In this document: positions 8,414 to 16,920 of the stretch, piece by piece
Layout: each line of letters begins with the position of its first letter
How positions within the stretch are numbered: position 1 is the stretch's first letter
From: Bacillota bacterium
GTDB lineage: Bacteria > Bacillota > Bacilli > Paenibacillales > UBA4045
Direction: 5' to 3'
DNA length: 64,000 bases
Assembly (NCBI GenBank): GCA_023441055.1
Contig: JAEZQY010000017.1
Coordinates: forward strand, 31,088 to 95,087
Position numbers and translations under genes: made by a program
The notes under the pieces: generated by a model
Told to the model about the DNA's origin: nothing
Seen by the model: the letters and a program-made list of their open reading frames with translations, nothing else
The model's database searches: none

Positions 8414-9691
8414 TCAGGCTTGCTTGTTCTGGCGTCGATCGGAGAAGATGACAGGTCCACGTATTAACGCCAATACTAGCAGCACAATGCCTACAGTTGT
8501 CGTAAAGCCCATCACCTGCACCCACTGCGGCAATTCTGCGATCTGATCAAATATAAAGCCGCCTACTACTGGGCCTAGGAAGGCAGCAACGCCTGTTATT
8601 CCCGAGAAGACCGCTACATACATCGGGCGATCCGCGGACGGAGAATCGCCGATCAGGAAGTTGAATACCAGCATCTGATTCCCGCCCAGTCCGACGCCCA
8701 GTAGAATGTGGATCAGTACGAGCACTAACACGGCAGGCAAGACTAGCGTAGCACTCCATAATACACAAGCCGCCGCAATGATCGGAAATGTAAACATGAG
8801 CAGATAACGCGCAGATCTCCTAGCATTCAACCTACCCCATACATAGAAACCGATCATCATCGCTACGGTCTGAACAATCGTCATGAGCGAGACCAACAAT
8901 TCGCCCAGTCCCATAACGGACAGCATAATATAGCTGAATAGCGGCACAACTAGCGTCTGAAGAAACTGCCAAATCGAGATAAAGGTCATCGATCGAGTAA
9001 ATAGCTTGTTCTGAAACGGCTTCTGCACCATCTTCCCAATCCCAATCGACTCTGACTTCTCGAAGGGCAAATTCGGGTAGAGGAAGAAGGTAGCAATGTT
9101 AATGACCATGGCGATCGCCACAATAAGGAAGAGCATATGGTACCCTTCGATTCCGGGTATCCGATTTAATATGAGGCCTCCCAAGAATAAGGCCAGACTG
9201 CTGACCGCCATATTCAGTGTATTACGGAAGCCAAAATATTGACCTCTTACCTGCTTCGGCACCATATCCGCAATGATCGATGTCCAGACCATCGACCCAA
9301 TTGCATTGCTCGAGAATGCCAGCAGGTAAAAGAGAAAGTAGAGCGCGAAATAATAATCCGACCCGACCAGAAAGGGAACCGCTCCAGTCAGCGTCCAGAA
9401 CGTACGATGGATGGTCCCGCATATAATGAACCAACGCCTGCGATTCTCCGTCTTCTGAAGCAAATAGGCAGCTGGAATCTGGATGAGATTGAGCAAGGTC
9501 GGCAACGCCAGAACTAGTCCGATCTGCAAGGAGCTAGCCCCTAACACGAGCAGATATCCGGTCAAGAATGGGGCATTCAGAAGACCGAAAGCAAACGTTG
9601 CGGGCACACCTTCAATCGATGCAGCCCAGAGATGTCGTCGATAAGTCGACCGATTGCTCTTCGGTAAATTAAGCAAATGTTGGAATGGCAT
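8414..9691 (-). CDS. MFS transporter
   Basis: 425 aa, about 12 hydrophobic segments, generic MFS appearance. Substrate unknown. Confidence 0.7.
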   Translation of the reverse strand: MPFQHLLNLPKSNRSTYRRHLWAASIEGVPATFAFGLLNAPFLTGYLLVLGASSLQIGLVLALPTLLNLIQIPAAYLLQKTENRRRWFIICGTIHRTFWTLTGAVPFLVGSDYYFALYFLFYLLAFSSNAIGSMVWTSIIADMVPKQVRGQYFGFRNTLNMAVSSLALFLGGLILNRIPGIEGYHMLFLIVAIAMVINIATFFLYPNLPFEKSESIGIGKMVQKPFQNKLFTRSMTFISIWQFLQTLVVPLFSYIMLSVMGLGELLVSLMTIVQTVAMMIGFYVWGRLNARRSARYLLMFTFPIIAAACVLWSATLVLPAVLVLVLIHILLGVGLGGNQMLVFNFLIGDSPSADRPMYVAVFSGITGVAAFLGPVVGGFIFDQIAELPQWVQVMGFTTTVGIVLLVLALIRGPVIFSDRRQNKQA

Positions 9692-9758
9692 AAGGCCTCA
9701 TCCTTCTCTCTCGCATAATAAATCTCTAAGTTGATAGAATAGCGGATGAATGAACACG

Positions 9759-10781
9759 CTATGCGTAGAATTCCCCCGCTCGCTGTACGGTTCGCTGCAT
9801 AGGCAGATGATACGGACACTTCGATTCGCATAGCGGCTTCTCACGACAAGGCTCATAATCCGCGCATGACGTAATCTTCTCCTTATGCTTCTCAAACCAG
9901 CTGACACCATGAGGCAGCAGTCCGTTGTTCTCTCTAATCACACTGGATATCATCACATCTGGTATACGAATTTCCAGCGGGCAGACACTCTCGCAATAGT
10001 TGCAGCGTCGGCACTGATGCGCACCCAATTCCTCGGCTAGCCCATTAAGCGCAAGGCGCTCTGCGGGCTCAATCTCCCGCGCCATTGCCGCAATGTTCTC
10101 CTGCACTTGCTGGACACTCGTCATGCCAGATATCACCGTATGGACATCATGGGCATACGGATAGCGTATTGCCGTGTCAATCGGCTGTACGAAGCCTCCT
10201 GACAGCGGCTTCATAGCCGTCTTGCCCATCCCCAAGCTAGTTGCAACAGGGATGAGTTCTTCGAGCGCGAATGGCTGCACCAGACTGAGGTGGAACAGCA
10301 CCTGATCGAAGCTGTCCTTCGCAATCCACTTAGCTAGCAGATCCGGTCGATGACCAGAGATCCCTACGAGACGAACCTTTCCTTGTCGTTTCGCTTCCAG
10401 TGCGGCATAGTATGCTCCGTCATCATCCATAGCCTTCTGATACTCCTGCACATTATTCACATAATGAATTTGTAAGAGATCAACATAATCGGTCTTCATG
10501 CGAGACAAACTTCTCTCAATCTGCTCCATTGCAGCCTGATAGCTTCTCTCGCCAGTCTTCGTCGCGAGGAAAAATTCTTGTCGTCTATGGGAGATCGTCT
10601 CACCGATGATTTCCTCACTATTCCGATACCCAGCAGCCGTGTCGATATAATTAATGCCATTATCCAGCGCGTAATGTAAGGCAGCACTAGCTTGCTCGAG
10701 CGGGATATTAGGCAGATTCATCGCTCCGAATCCCAACGAAGACACCCGAATGCCGGACTTCCCAAATTCACTGTATCTCAT
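9759..10781 (-). CDS. Aldo/keto reductase with C-terminal Fe-S-like cysteine clusters
   Basis: ORF trimmed to MRYSEFGKSG (RBS GGAGGATG). AKR motifs GINYIDTAAGY and LLQIHY. C-terminal CRRCNYCESVCP and CESKCP. Confidence 0.8.
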   Translation of the reverse strand: MRYSEFGKSGIRVSSLGFGAMNLPNIPLEQASAALHYALDNGINYIDTAAGYRNSEEIIGETISHRRQEFFLATKTGERSYQAAMEQIERSLSRMKTDYVDLLQIHYVNNVQEYQKAMDDDGAYYAALEAKRQGKVRLVGISGHRPDLLAKWIAKDSFDQVLFHLSLVQPFALEELIPVATSLGMGKTAMKPLSGGFVQPIDTAIRYPYAHDVHTVISGMTSVQQVQENIAAMAREIEPAERLALNGLAEELGAHQCRRCNYCESVCPLEIRIPDVMISSVIRENNGLLPHGVSWFEKHKEKITSCADYEPCREKPLCESKCPYHLPMQRTVQRAGEFYA

Positions 10782-10914
10782 GTCGTTCCCACATCCTCCC
10801 CATTCGTACTCTTCAACAAGTAGCATAGCCTATTACGCAATAATTTGCATACAGAAATTCTTATGGCTTTCTCGTAAATTCTTTCATTACTCTACCTAAC
10901 CAGATAACGGACAT

Positions 10915-11095
10915 CACAGACGCTAAATCGCCATTATCATCACATTTGATTTTCTAACGGACTTAGCTGCACCTATTCACATGTTTTCATTGTCGTCATC
11001 ACCATTATCACCTCAATAAGCTCATCTGGGTCCATTAGATTTTATGAGGACTGTTTTTCGGCGAATAGCGTTTCTCCTGTCCGTTACAGCTCATG
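10915..11095. repeat. Degenerate ~50-bp-period intergenic repeat locus (L1)
   Basis: aacggac occurs at 10915 and 10965 (50 bp apart), with inverted gtccgtt near 11080. agctcat words occur at 11019 and 11088. Shares gctaaatcgcc / ttagctgcac / ctattc words with loci L3 and L5. Confidence 0.45.
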
Positions 11096-11101
11096 ATACA
11101 C

Positions 11102-11150
11102 AAAAGAACAGGGCCGTCCTGCAAAGGTCACTTCACCTTTGGGACAGCCC
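11102..11150 (-). terminator. Rho-independent terminator after rsgI
   Basis: Minus strand GGGCTGTCCCAAAGGT-gaagtg-ACCTTTGCAGGACGGCCC followed by TGTTCTTTTG. Confidence 0.6.
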
Positions 11151-11156
11151 CATCCG

Positions 11157-12722
11157 TTAATCCCGTCCATACTGATAAAATTGACTCCATTTCGACCGTT
11201 CCGATTGATCTCGATCTCCGTTCTCCTGTCTAACCTTTTTATAATCTGACTGTCTCTCTCTATCTCCTCGCTGATTATGCTCCTGCTTCTTCTTCTGTTC
11301 CTGCTGCTTCTTCTGCTCTTGCTGTTTCTTCTGGTCTTGCTGCTTCTTCTGGTCTTGCTGTTTCTTCTGCTCCTGCTGTTTCTTCTGGTCTTGCTGTTTC
11401 TTCTGCTCTTGCTGTTTCTTCTGGTCTTGCTGTTTCTTCTGCTCCTGCTGCTTCTTCTGCTCTTGCTGATTCTTCTGATCTTGCTGCTTCTTCTGATCTT
11501 GCTGTTTCTTCTGCTCTTGCTGTTTCTTCTGATCTTGCTGCTTCCTCTGCTCCTGCTGCTTCTTCTGCTCCCGCTCTGCCTTTTCCCGATCGTTTCGCTG
11601 CTGTCTCTCTTCCCGCTCAATCCGTTGCCGTTCTATCCGCTCATTCCGTTCTTGCTCTTTCTCTACTCGTTCCTGTTCTTTACGCCGCTCATGCTCTGCG
11701 CGATCATTCCGGTGATCGCGTTCCCGCTTCTCCCGTTCTCTCTCCGCCTTCGCCTTCTCTTTCTCTTGCTCTCTCTTCGCCTTCTCTTGCTCTCTCTCTA
11801 CCTTCTCCTGCTCCCTCTTCGCATGCTCCTGCTCCTTACGCTGCTCCTGCTCAAGCTGCTGCTGCTTCTTCGCCTGCTCCGCAACTGCAATGTCCGCGAG
11901 AATCGATTTCGCCTGCTCCTTGCTCTGCTCATCCTTCGAGGTGATCAGGCGACCGACATCGTCATGCTCAGTCAGCAACTCCTTCACCGACTTGGTTTTC
12001 AATTCCTCCAGCTCAATTGGCTGCGCGGTACTCTGCGACATGAGCAGAGCAGCCATCTTCCCCGTCGATACGCCTTGCTCAACGGCAACGCTGCGTATCT
12101 CTTTCGGCACGATCAAGGTAGATACCGTAACCGCCTGCTGTTCATCTGGCGCAGATTCCGCAATTCGTTCAGCAACTCGCTGCTCGATCCGCTGTGATAG
12201 ATCATCGGCGTTCAGCTGAACCTCACTCGACACAATTGTGCTGGTAATCAGAATGTTGAGATCCAAGTTGTCCAGAAAATGCGAATGTCGAAGACGGTCA
12301 ACCAGCAGTTCAGAGAATGTGTCAATCGACATGCCGCGAACATTCAGACCATCAACCAAGCTGACGCCATCGGCGTTGATGCCTCTAACCTCAACAACCA
12401 CTTCTCTCTTGTTCAGACCAGCTTCCACACTCGGGTTAATATCCAAGGTAACGTAGGCCGCCACCGCGTTTACTCGCGTAATGCCCTGATACATGCCAAG
12501 AGCAGAGAACACGATTAGACAGAATACCGCAGCTGCCGAAATATATCGATACCGCGACAGTCTTGCTGCCAACGTAGGCGCATGAGGTTGCTGGTCAATA
12601 AACTCGATCTCTTCCCCAATAGCGCAGCACTGGCTAGGCTTAGGAATGCTGTTGAATTGTCCATCACGCGTCATGACGACAACATCATGTTCTCTTATGT
12701 CCATCACTATGCCTCTAGCCAT
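11157..12722 (-). CDS. rsgI: Anti-sigma-I factor RsgI with long E/K/R/Q-rich extracytoplasmic tail
   Basis: Start MARGIVMDIREHDVVVMTRDGQF (RsgI_N), one TM, YVTLDINPSVE and EQGVSTGKM matching B. subtilis RsgI, then about 270 aa of low complexity. The ATG overlaps the sigI stop (ATGGCTAG). Confidence 0.85.
   Translation of the reverse strand: MARGIVMDIREHDVVVMTRDGQFNSIPKPSQCCAIGEEIEFIDQQPHAPTLAARLSRYRYISAAAVFCLIVFSALGMYQGITRVNAVAAYVTLDINPSVEAGLNKREVVVEVRGINADGVSLVDGLNVRGMSIDTFSELLVDRLRHSHFLDNLDLNILITSTIVSSEVQLNADDLSQRIEQRVAERIAESAPDEQQAVTVSTLIVPKEIRSVAVEQGVSTGKMAALLMSQSTAQPIELEELKTKSVKELLTEHDDVGRLITSKDEQSKEQAKSILADIAVAEQAKKQQQLEQEQRKEQEHAKREQEKVEREQEKAKREQEKEKAKAEREREKRERDHRNDRAEHERRKEQERVEKEQERNERIERQRIEREERQQRNDREKAEREQKKQQEQRKQQDQKKQQEQKKQQDQKKQQDQKNQQEQKKQQEQKKQQDQKKQQEQKKQQDQKKQQEQKKQQDQKKQQDQKKQQEQKKQQEQKKKQEHNQRGDRERQSDYKKVRQENGDRDQSERSKWSQFYQYGRD
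11283..11570 (-). repeat. About 16 tandem copies of an 18-bp unit inside rsgI, encoding (E/D)QKKQQ
   Basis: Plus strand reads cttcttctg(c/g)tc(c/t)tgctg(c/t)tt... repeatedly. The protein reads QKKQQEQKKQQDQKKQQ... Confidence 0.9.
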
Positions 12723-13533
12723 GCTGTGCGCTCCTCTCTTGGGATGTATGGTCCTGATCCAGGTAATCTTGTAAATAGGGATAATTGCCGCTTGCCGCCA
12801 ATGCGATTGCAATGACATACTTGCGATTGCGCTCGAGCGTCTTCCGCGATACCTCCACCTGCTCCAACAGCTGCTTGATTGGCAGCTGGAGCTTCTCGCG
12901 AAGCAGGCCCATCATCTCTTGTGAATCCGCCAATGTTAGCGCCACGCGAATGAGCATCTGCCTGGAATCCGTATGCTTCGGGGACACATCGACAAGCTCG
13001 GAGAATGATACGCCGAATGCCGCCAGCTCAGCGCTTAACTCCATAATCTCCAGCCTGCGAGCTTCGCTCTCAATTATGGCTTGATGCTCATTAAGCGCCT
13101 GACGCGTCTCGACTGGATTCACAATCTGACTCTCATCGTCCTCAATGTCGAACGCGGAATAGGGAATATGCTGCGCATACTTCTGTTCCTTACGCACATA
13201 ATCGATCAGACGACGGCGAATGACCGTCTCAGCGAAGCCCAGGAAGGAGCGTCCGCTGACGCTAGAGAATTTCTCGATCGCTTCATTAAAGGCGTCGAGC
13301 GCAATACTATATTCGTCATCTCTCGACGGATCCACGTATCTACGGCAGAATCTGCTCGTTATCTTGGCAATGTACGGTTGGTATTCTGTAATCAACTGAT
13401 TCCTCAGCGCATGGTCTCCCTGCTGAGCAATCTGAATTTGTTCTTCAAGCGTTAATGCCGGCACTTCTTGCGTTTCTCGCGATTCTTGCGGCATGCGCTT
13501 GCCTATGAATCGCTTGAAGGGTGCAGGGAGCAA
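12715..13533 (-). CDS. sigI: RNA polymerase sigma factor SigI
   Basis: LITEYQPYIAKITSRFCRRYVDPSRDDEYSIALDAFNEAIEKF resembles B. subtilis SigI. Preferred start is TTG 13533 (GAGGTGG RBS), since the track start GTG 13542 lies inside the RBS. Confidence 0.85.
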   Translation of the reverse strand: MLPAPFKRFIGKRMPQESRETQEVPALTLEEQIQIAQQGDHALRNQLITEYQPYIAKITSRFCRRYVDPSRDDEYSIALDAFNEAIEKFSSVSGRSFLGFAETVIRRRLIDYVRKEQKYAQHIPYSAFDIEDDESQIVNPVETRQALNEHQAIIESEARRLEIMELSAELAAFGVSFSELVDVSPKHTDSRQMLIRVALTLADSQEMMGLLREKLQLPIKQLLEQVEVSRKTLERNRKYVIAIALAASGNYPYLQDYLDQDHTSQERSAQHG

Positions 13534-13558
13534 TTGTTCCACCTCGCAATACAGTTTT

Positions 13559-13587
13559 CGTTCACACCTGCTGATTTCCGGGGGTAC
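13559..13587 (-). promoter_or_regulatory. Candidate sigma-I-type autoregulated promoter (ACCCCC ... CGAA)
   Basis: Minus strand gtACCCCCggaaatcagcaggtgtgaaCGAAaactg lies about 25 nt upstream of the sigI start. It matches my recollection of the sigma-I -35 ACCCCC / -10 CGAA elements. Spacing was not verified against a consensus. Confidence 0.4.
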
Positions 13588-13666
13588 GGCATTTCATTTC
13601 ACAATAAGTAATACTCGCCAATCTCGAGAATGACTCGAAATTCGAGTTTCAAGTTTGTTCCATACA

Positions 13667-13696
13667 GAAAAGAGCGTCTCACTAAGAGACGCTCCG
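13667..13696 (-). terminator. Rho-independent terminator after the 141-aa zinc-ribbon gene
   Basis: GAGCGTCTC-ttagt-GAGACGCTC followed by TTTTCT on the minus strand. Confidence 0.6.
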
Positions 13697-13730
13697 ATCG
13701 TTCTATATGTTACAGCTATTCCCTGCTTCC

Positions 13731-14156
13731 TCAGCCGATCTTCTTCCTGCCGCGTTGCTTAAGCCGCGCTTCTCGCTCGCTGAGCACCTTAAGTCTGGCC
13801 TTCAATTGCTCACTCCATTGGTGATCCTCTAATTGTCCTGCGACGATCAATAGATCCAGCGCCATGTCAATCTGTGTGCGCACAACCTCCATCGGTTCCT
13901 CGTGCTCCGAATTGACACAATTCTCATATAAGCGATGCTGATTGGCAACATCGACATATTCAGCGAAGTCTACCTCGTCAGCACCATCGCCATGCGCGTA
14001 TTCTGCCAGAATCTCATATTCATTCTCAATCATATGGTGCACCTGCGTATGGTGACAGACTGGACAGTACAGCAGCGGCACATTATGAACCTGTGTGCGA
14101 TAATGCTTCAAAGTCCCCTTGGTCCCTATCATACTTGCTCCGCAACAGAAGCTCAT
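13731..14156 (-). CDS. Hypothetical protein with N-terminal Cys/His zinc-ribbon-like motif
   Basis: ORF trimmed to ATG 14156 (RBS GGAGGAG + 6 nt). MSFCCGASM...LLYCPVCHHTQVHH, then an acidic region and a basic coiled C-terminus. Has its own terminator. Confidence 0.55.
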   Translation of the reverse strand: MSFCCGASMIGTKGTLKHYRTQVHNVPLLYCPVCHHTQVHHMIENEYEILAEYAHGDGADEVDFAEYVDVANQHRLYENCVNSEHEEPMEVVRTQIDMALDLLIVAGQLEDHQWSEQLKARLKVLSEREARLKQRGRKKIG

Positions 14157-14356
14157 GTCTGACTCCTCCAATCCATTCACCGTATTACGATTCCTGTAAT
14201 TAACTATATTCGATCTGTTCATGTAAAATCCTCTTTTCAATTACGATACATTACGAACCATTCGAAGTGCCTATGTACCAGATACTTGGATATCTCCCCC
14301 TGTAATGGGGGAATATACGAGAAGACCGACTACAGGATAGGGGGCGTGATCCAGCG

Positions 14357-15844
14357 ATGATTCAACCACTCATCAACAGATTAACTGCATTCATGGGGAA
14401 TCCGCCTGACCTGAAAGTGCACTTGCTGCCAACGACGCAAGAGAAGGACCCGCAGGCAGCTGTTCTGTACTTGTCCAGCATAACGGACGGCTCGAGAATT
14501 AACGAGTTATTCCTAAAGCCCTTACTAAACCATTATACCGAGCAAGGGAAATGGCAGGATCCCGCTGAGCTGATGTTCATCGATGATTCCCCGTTATATG
14601 GAACCAGCGTCAAAAAGGATATCTCGTCGATCGCGCTCGAATTGTACAGCGCGAAGTGCGTACTTGTAGCAAGTAAACGCAAAGAGGCCATTGCTGCCGA
14701 TGTATCACTGTGGAATGACCGTTCTGTCAATTCACCGGAGACCGAGCATTCGCTGACAGGACCCAAGGATTCGTTCGTAGAAAATTTGGACATCAATATA
14801 TCCATGATTCGCAGGCGAATCCGACATGAGGACCTGCACATTGAATCGCTAACAATAGGTACTAAATCGCGAACCACCGTTAATCTGATTTATATGAACA
14901 ATCTCGTTAATCGTGCAGCGCTGGAACAGTTGAAGCAACGCTTGGATGCTGTAGAGATGGATGTTCTTCTGGATTCGTCCCAATTAGGTCAGATTCTAAC
15001 CAATACAAGGAAATCCATCAACCCATTTCCTCTATTTCAGACTACGGAGCGACCAGATAAAGTGGTTGCAGCGGTTATGGAGGGAAGAATTCTTCTGTTG
15101 GCGGATACATCGCCTACCGGAATCCTGATCCCAACAACCGTTACTGCGTTGTACCAGACAACGGATGATTATTATTTTCCAGCGCTATCCGGGTCGTTCA
15201 TTCGATTGGTTCGCTTGACAGGATTGTTCGTTACGCTGTTCCTTCCAGGACTCTATGTCTCGATCTCCTCGATCAATTACGACGTGTTCCGGATTGAATT
15301 TATGCTGGCAGTCGCCGCTAGCCGAGAAGGCGTACCTTATCCTGCCTATATTGAGGTATTGATAATGATTACCCTATTGGAATTGATTAATGAAGCGACT
15401 GTACGATTACCCAAGGTCATTGGCGGAACTGCAACGATAGTAGGTGGATTAATAATCGGTACCGCAGCAGCAGAGTCTCACTTGGTCAGCAACATTATGA
15501 TTGTTATCACTGGCGCAGTGGCAATAGGCAGCTACACAGTGGCTAACTACATGATCGGTGTGGCTTGGCGGGTTAGTAGTTATACCTTAATGGTGCTGGC
15601 CATTCCATTCGGTCTCAACGGCATGGCGATCGGCTCCGCTTTCATCTTATTCTATCTCTGCCATATCAAATCAATGGGCGTGCCCTATCTCTCGCCGCTT
15701 AGCACCTTACAATTAAGAGAGCTATTCAGAGACGCGCTTCTACGTGTGCCGCTAGCCATGAATCCATTCCGTCCAGCCGTGTATAGCCCTGCCGCCAAAG
15801 GCACGAGACGAGCCAAACTTCGGAAAAGCGAGGATTTACTTTGA
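14357..15844 (+). CDS. Spore germination protein, GerA-family A subunit
   Basis: 495 aa with the typical GerAA/KA layout: soluble N-domain then 4-5 TM (GTATIVGGLIIGTAAAESHLVS). Confidence 0.85.
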   Translation: MIQPLINRLTAFMGNPPDLKVHLLPTTQEKDPQAAVLYLSSITDGSRINELFLKPLLNHYTEQGKWQDPAELMFIDDSPLYGTSVKKDISSIALELYSAKCVLVASKRKEAIAADVSLWNDRSVNSPETEHSLTGPKDSFVENLDINISMIRRRIRHEDLHIESLTIGTKSRTTVNLIYMNNLVNRAALEQLKQRLDAVEMDVLLDSSQLGQILTNTRKSINPFPLFQTTERPDKVVAAVMEGRILLLADTSPTGILIPTTVTALYQTTDDYYFPALSGSFIRLVRLTGLFVTLFLPGLYVSISSINYDVFRIEFMLAVAASREGVPYPAYIEVLIMITLLELINEATVRLPKVIGGTATIVGGLIIGTAAAESHLVSNIMIVITGAVAIGSYTVANYMIGVAWRVSSYTLMVLAIPFGLNGMAIGSAFILFYLCHIKSMGVPYLSPLSTLQLRELFRDALLRVPLAMNPFRPAVYSPAAKGTRRAKLRKSEDLL

Positions 15845-16920
15845 CCAGAGCTTCAAGCCAGCCCAAGCTTCACTATCCCATCCTGCTATTCGTCACGATC
15901 TTCCCGGTAGCGTTCAGCCGACCAGTCTCCATAATAATAGAAAATATCGGAAGGAATACGGTTTGGTTTATCCTCGCCGCCTTGTTGTTGCCACTTCTAG
16001 GCACATGGATCAGCCTTCAGGTCAGCAGACGCAGCGGCTATACCTCCATCATGCTGGCATGTGGAGAGATTGGATTCCGATGGCTGACCCCTATCGCTTA
16101 CATCCTATATGGGATCCTATATCTGGGCATGGCTTCCTATTCGATCGCGCTGAGCGGCGACTTCTCTTCACGGGTATTCCAGAACAGTGATTCGGCAGCT
16201 GCTATTCTGCTTAATGTCGTCATCGCCGCTCTAGCGGCCATGTTCCCTATTGAAACGTTGACGCGATATGCGCAGGTCATCATGCTGATTCTCGTCCCCC
16301 TCTTCCTGGCGTTATCGTCCACGATGTTCATGGAACCTGAATGGCGCTGGCTTCAACCCATATTCGTGCTCAAGGACATGATTCACCCCATGGATGCACT
16401 CGCAGTCGTCATGTGTATCTTCTCGCCGCTGGCCACGATCACCTTATTGAATCGAACCCGCTCTAGTATCTCTTTCCTTGCGTTATGTATATACATGGCT
16501 CTGCTCGCCCTAATTACATCGAGTCTAGTCGTGCTCAGCCTCACGACATTCGGCTTACATACTGCGAAGAAGTTGGAGTACCTGGTTTTCTACGCGCAAA
16601 ATGCGATATATGTCGAAAATTTCATTTTCGAAAGGTTTTTCTACACCGGCGGCATCCTGCTGATCTATTTTAAAATCGTTGGTTCTGCATTCTTAATTCG
16701 CTGCGCGGCGTTATGCATGGCTCATACTTTCGGATATAAATTAGGCGCATTTCCTATTCTAGCCATAGGGGCAATCCTAGCTGGGGGACTGTGGCGAATG
16801 AATCTTCCTGTTTATTTTCATATTGCTCCCCTATGGTTGGGCTATTACAGTATGATCCTGTTCGTCGCCCTCCCCTTGCTCATTTATATCCTCTTATTAC
16901 TGAAAGGAACCCGGACATGA
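15841..16920 (+). CDS. Spore germination protein, GerA-family B subunit (APC-like permease)
   Basis: 359 aa, about 10 TM. TTG start overlaps the stop of the A subunit. Middle gene of a gerA-type tricistron. Confidence 0.8.
   Translation: MTRASSQPKLHYPILLFVTIFPVAFSRPVSIIIENIGRNTVWFILAALLLPLLGTWISLQVSRRSGYTSIMLACGEIGFRWLTPIAYILYGILYLGMASYSIALSGDFSSRVFQNSDSAAAILLNVVIAALAAMFPIETLTRYAQVIMLILVPLFLALSSTMFMEPEWRWLQPIFVLKDMIHPMDALAVVMCIFSPLATITLLNRTRSSISFLALCIYMALLALITSSLVVLSLTTFGLHTAKKLEYLVFYAQNAIYVENFIFERFFYTGGILLIYFKIVGSAFLIRCAALCMAHTFGYKLGAFPILAIGAILAGGLWRMNLPVYFHIAPLWLGYYSMILFVALPLLIYILLLLKGTRT

Noticed and set aside
11084-12197. Long ORFs in alternative frames over the rsgI repeat: a 178-aa Ser/Arg-rich ORF (11084-11620, minus) and a 306-aa Leu-rich ORF (11277-12197, plus).
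   Set aside because: Both are frame artefacts of the 18-bp tandem repeat and the E/K/R-rich region. Neither has an RBS, and both have extreme single-residue composition. The rsgI frame is the one with conserved RsgI domains.
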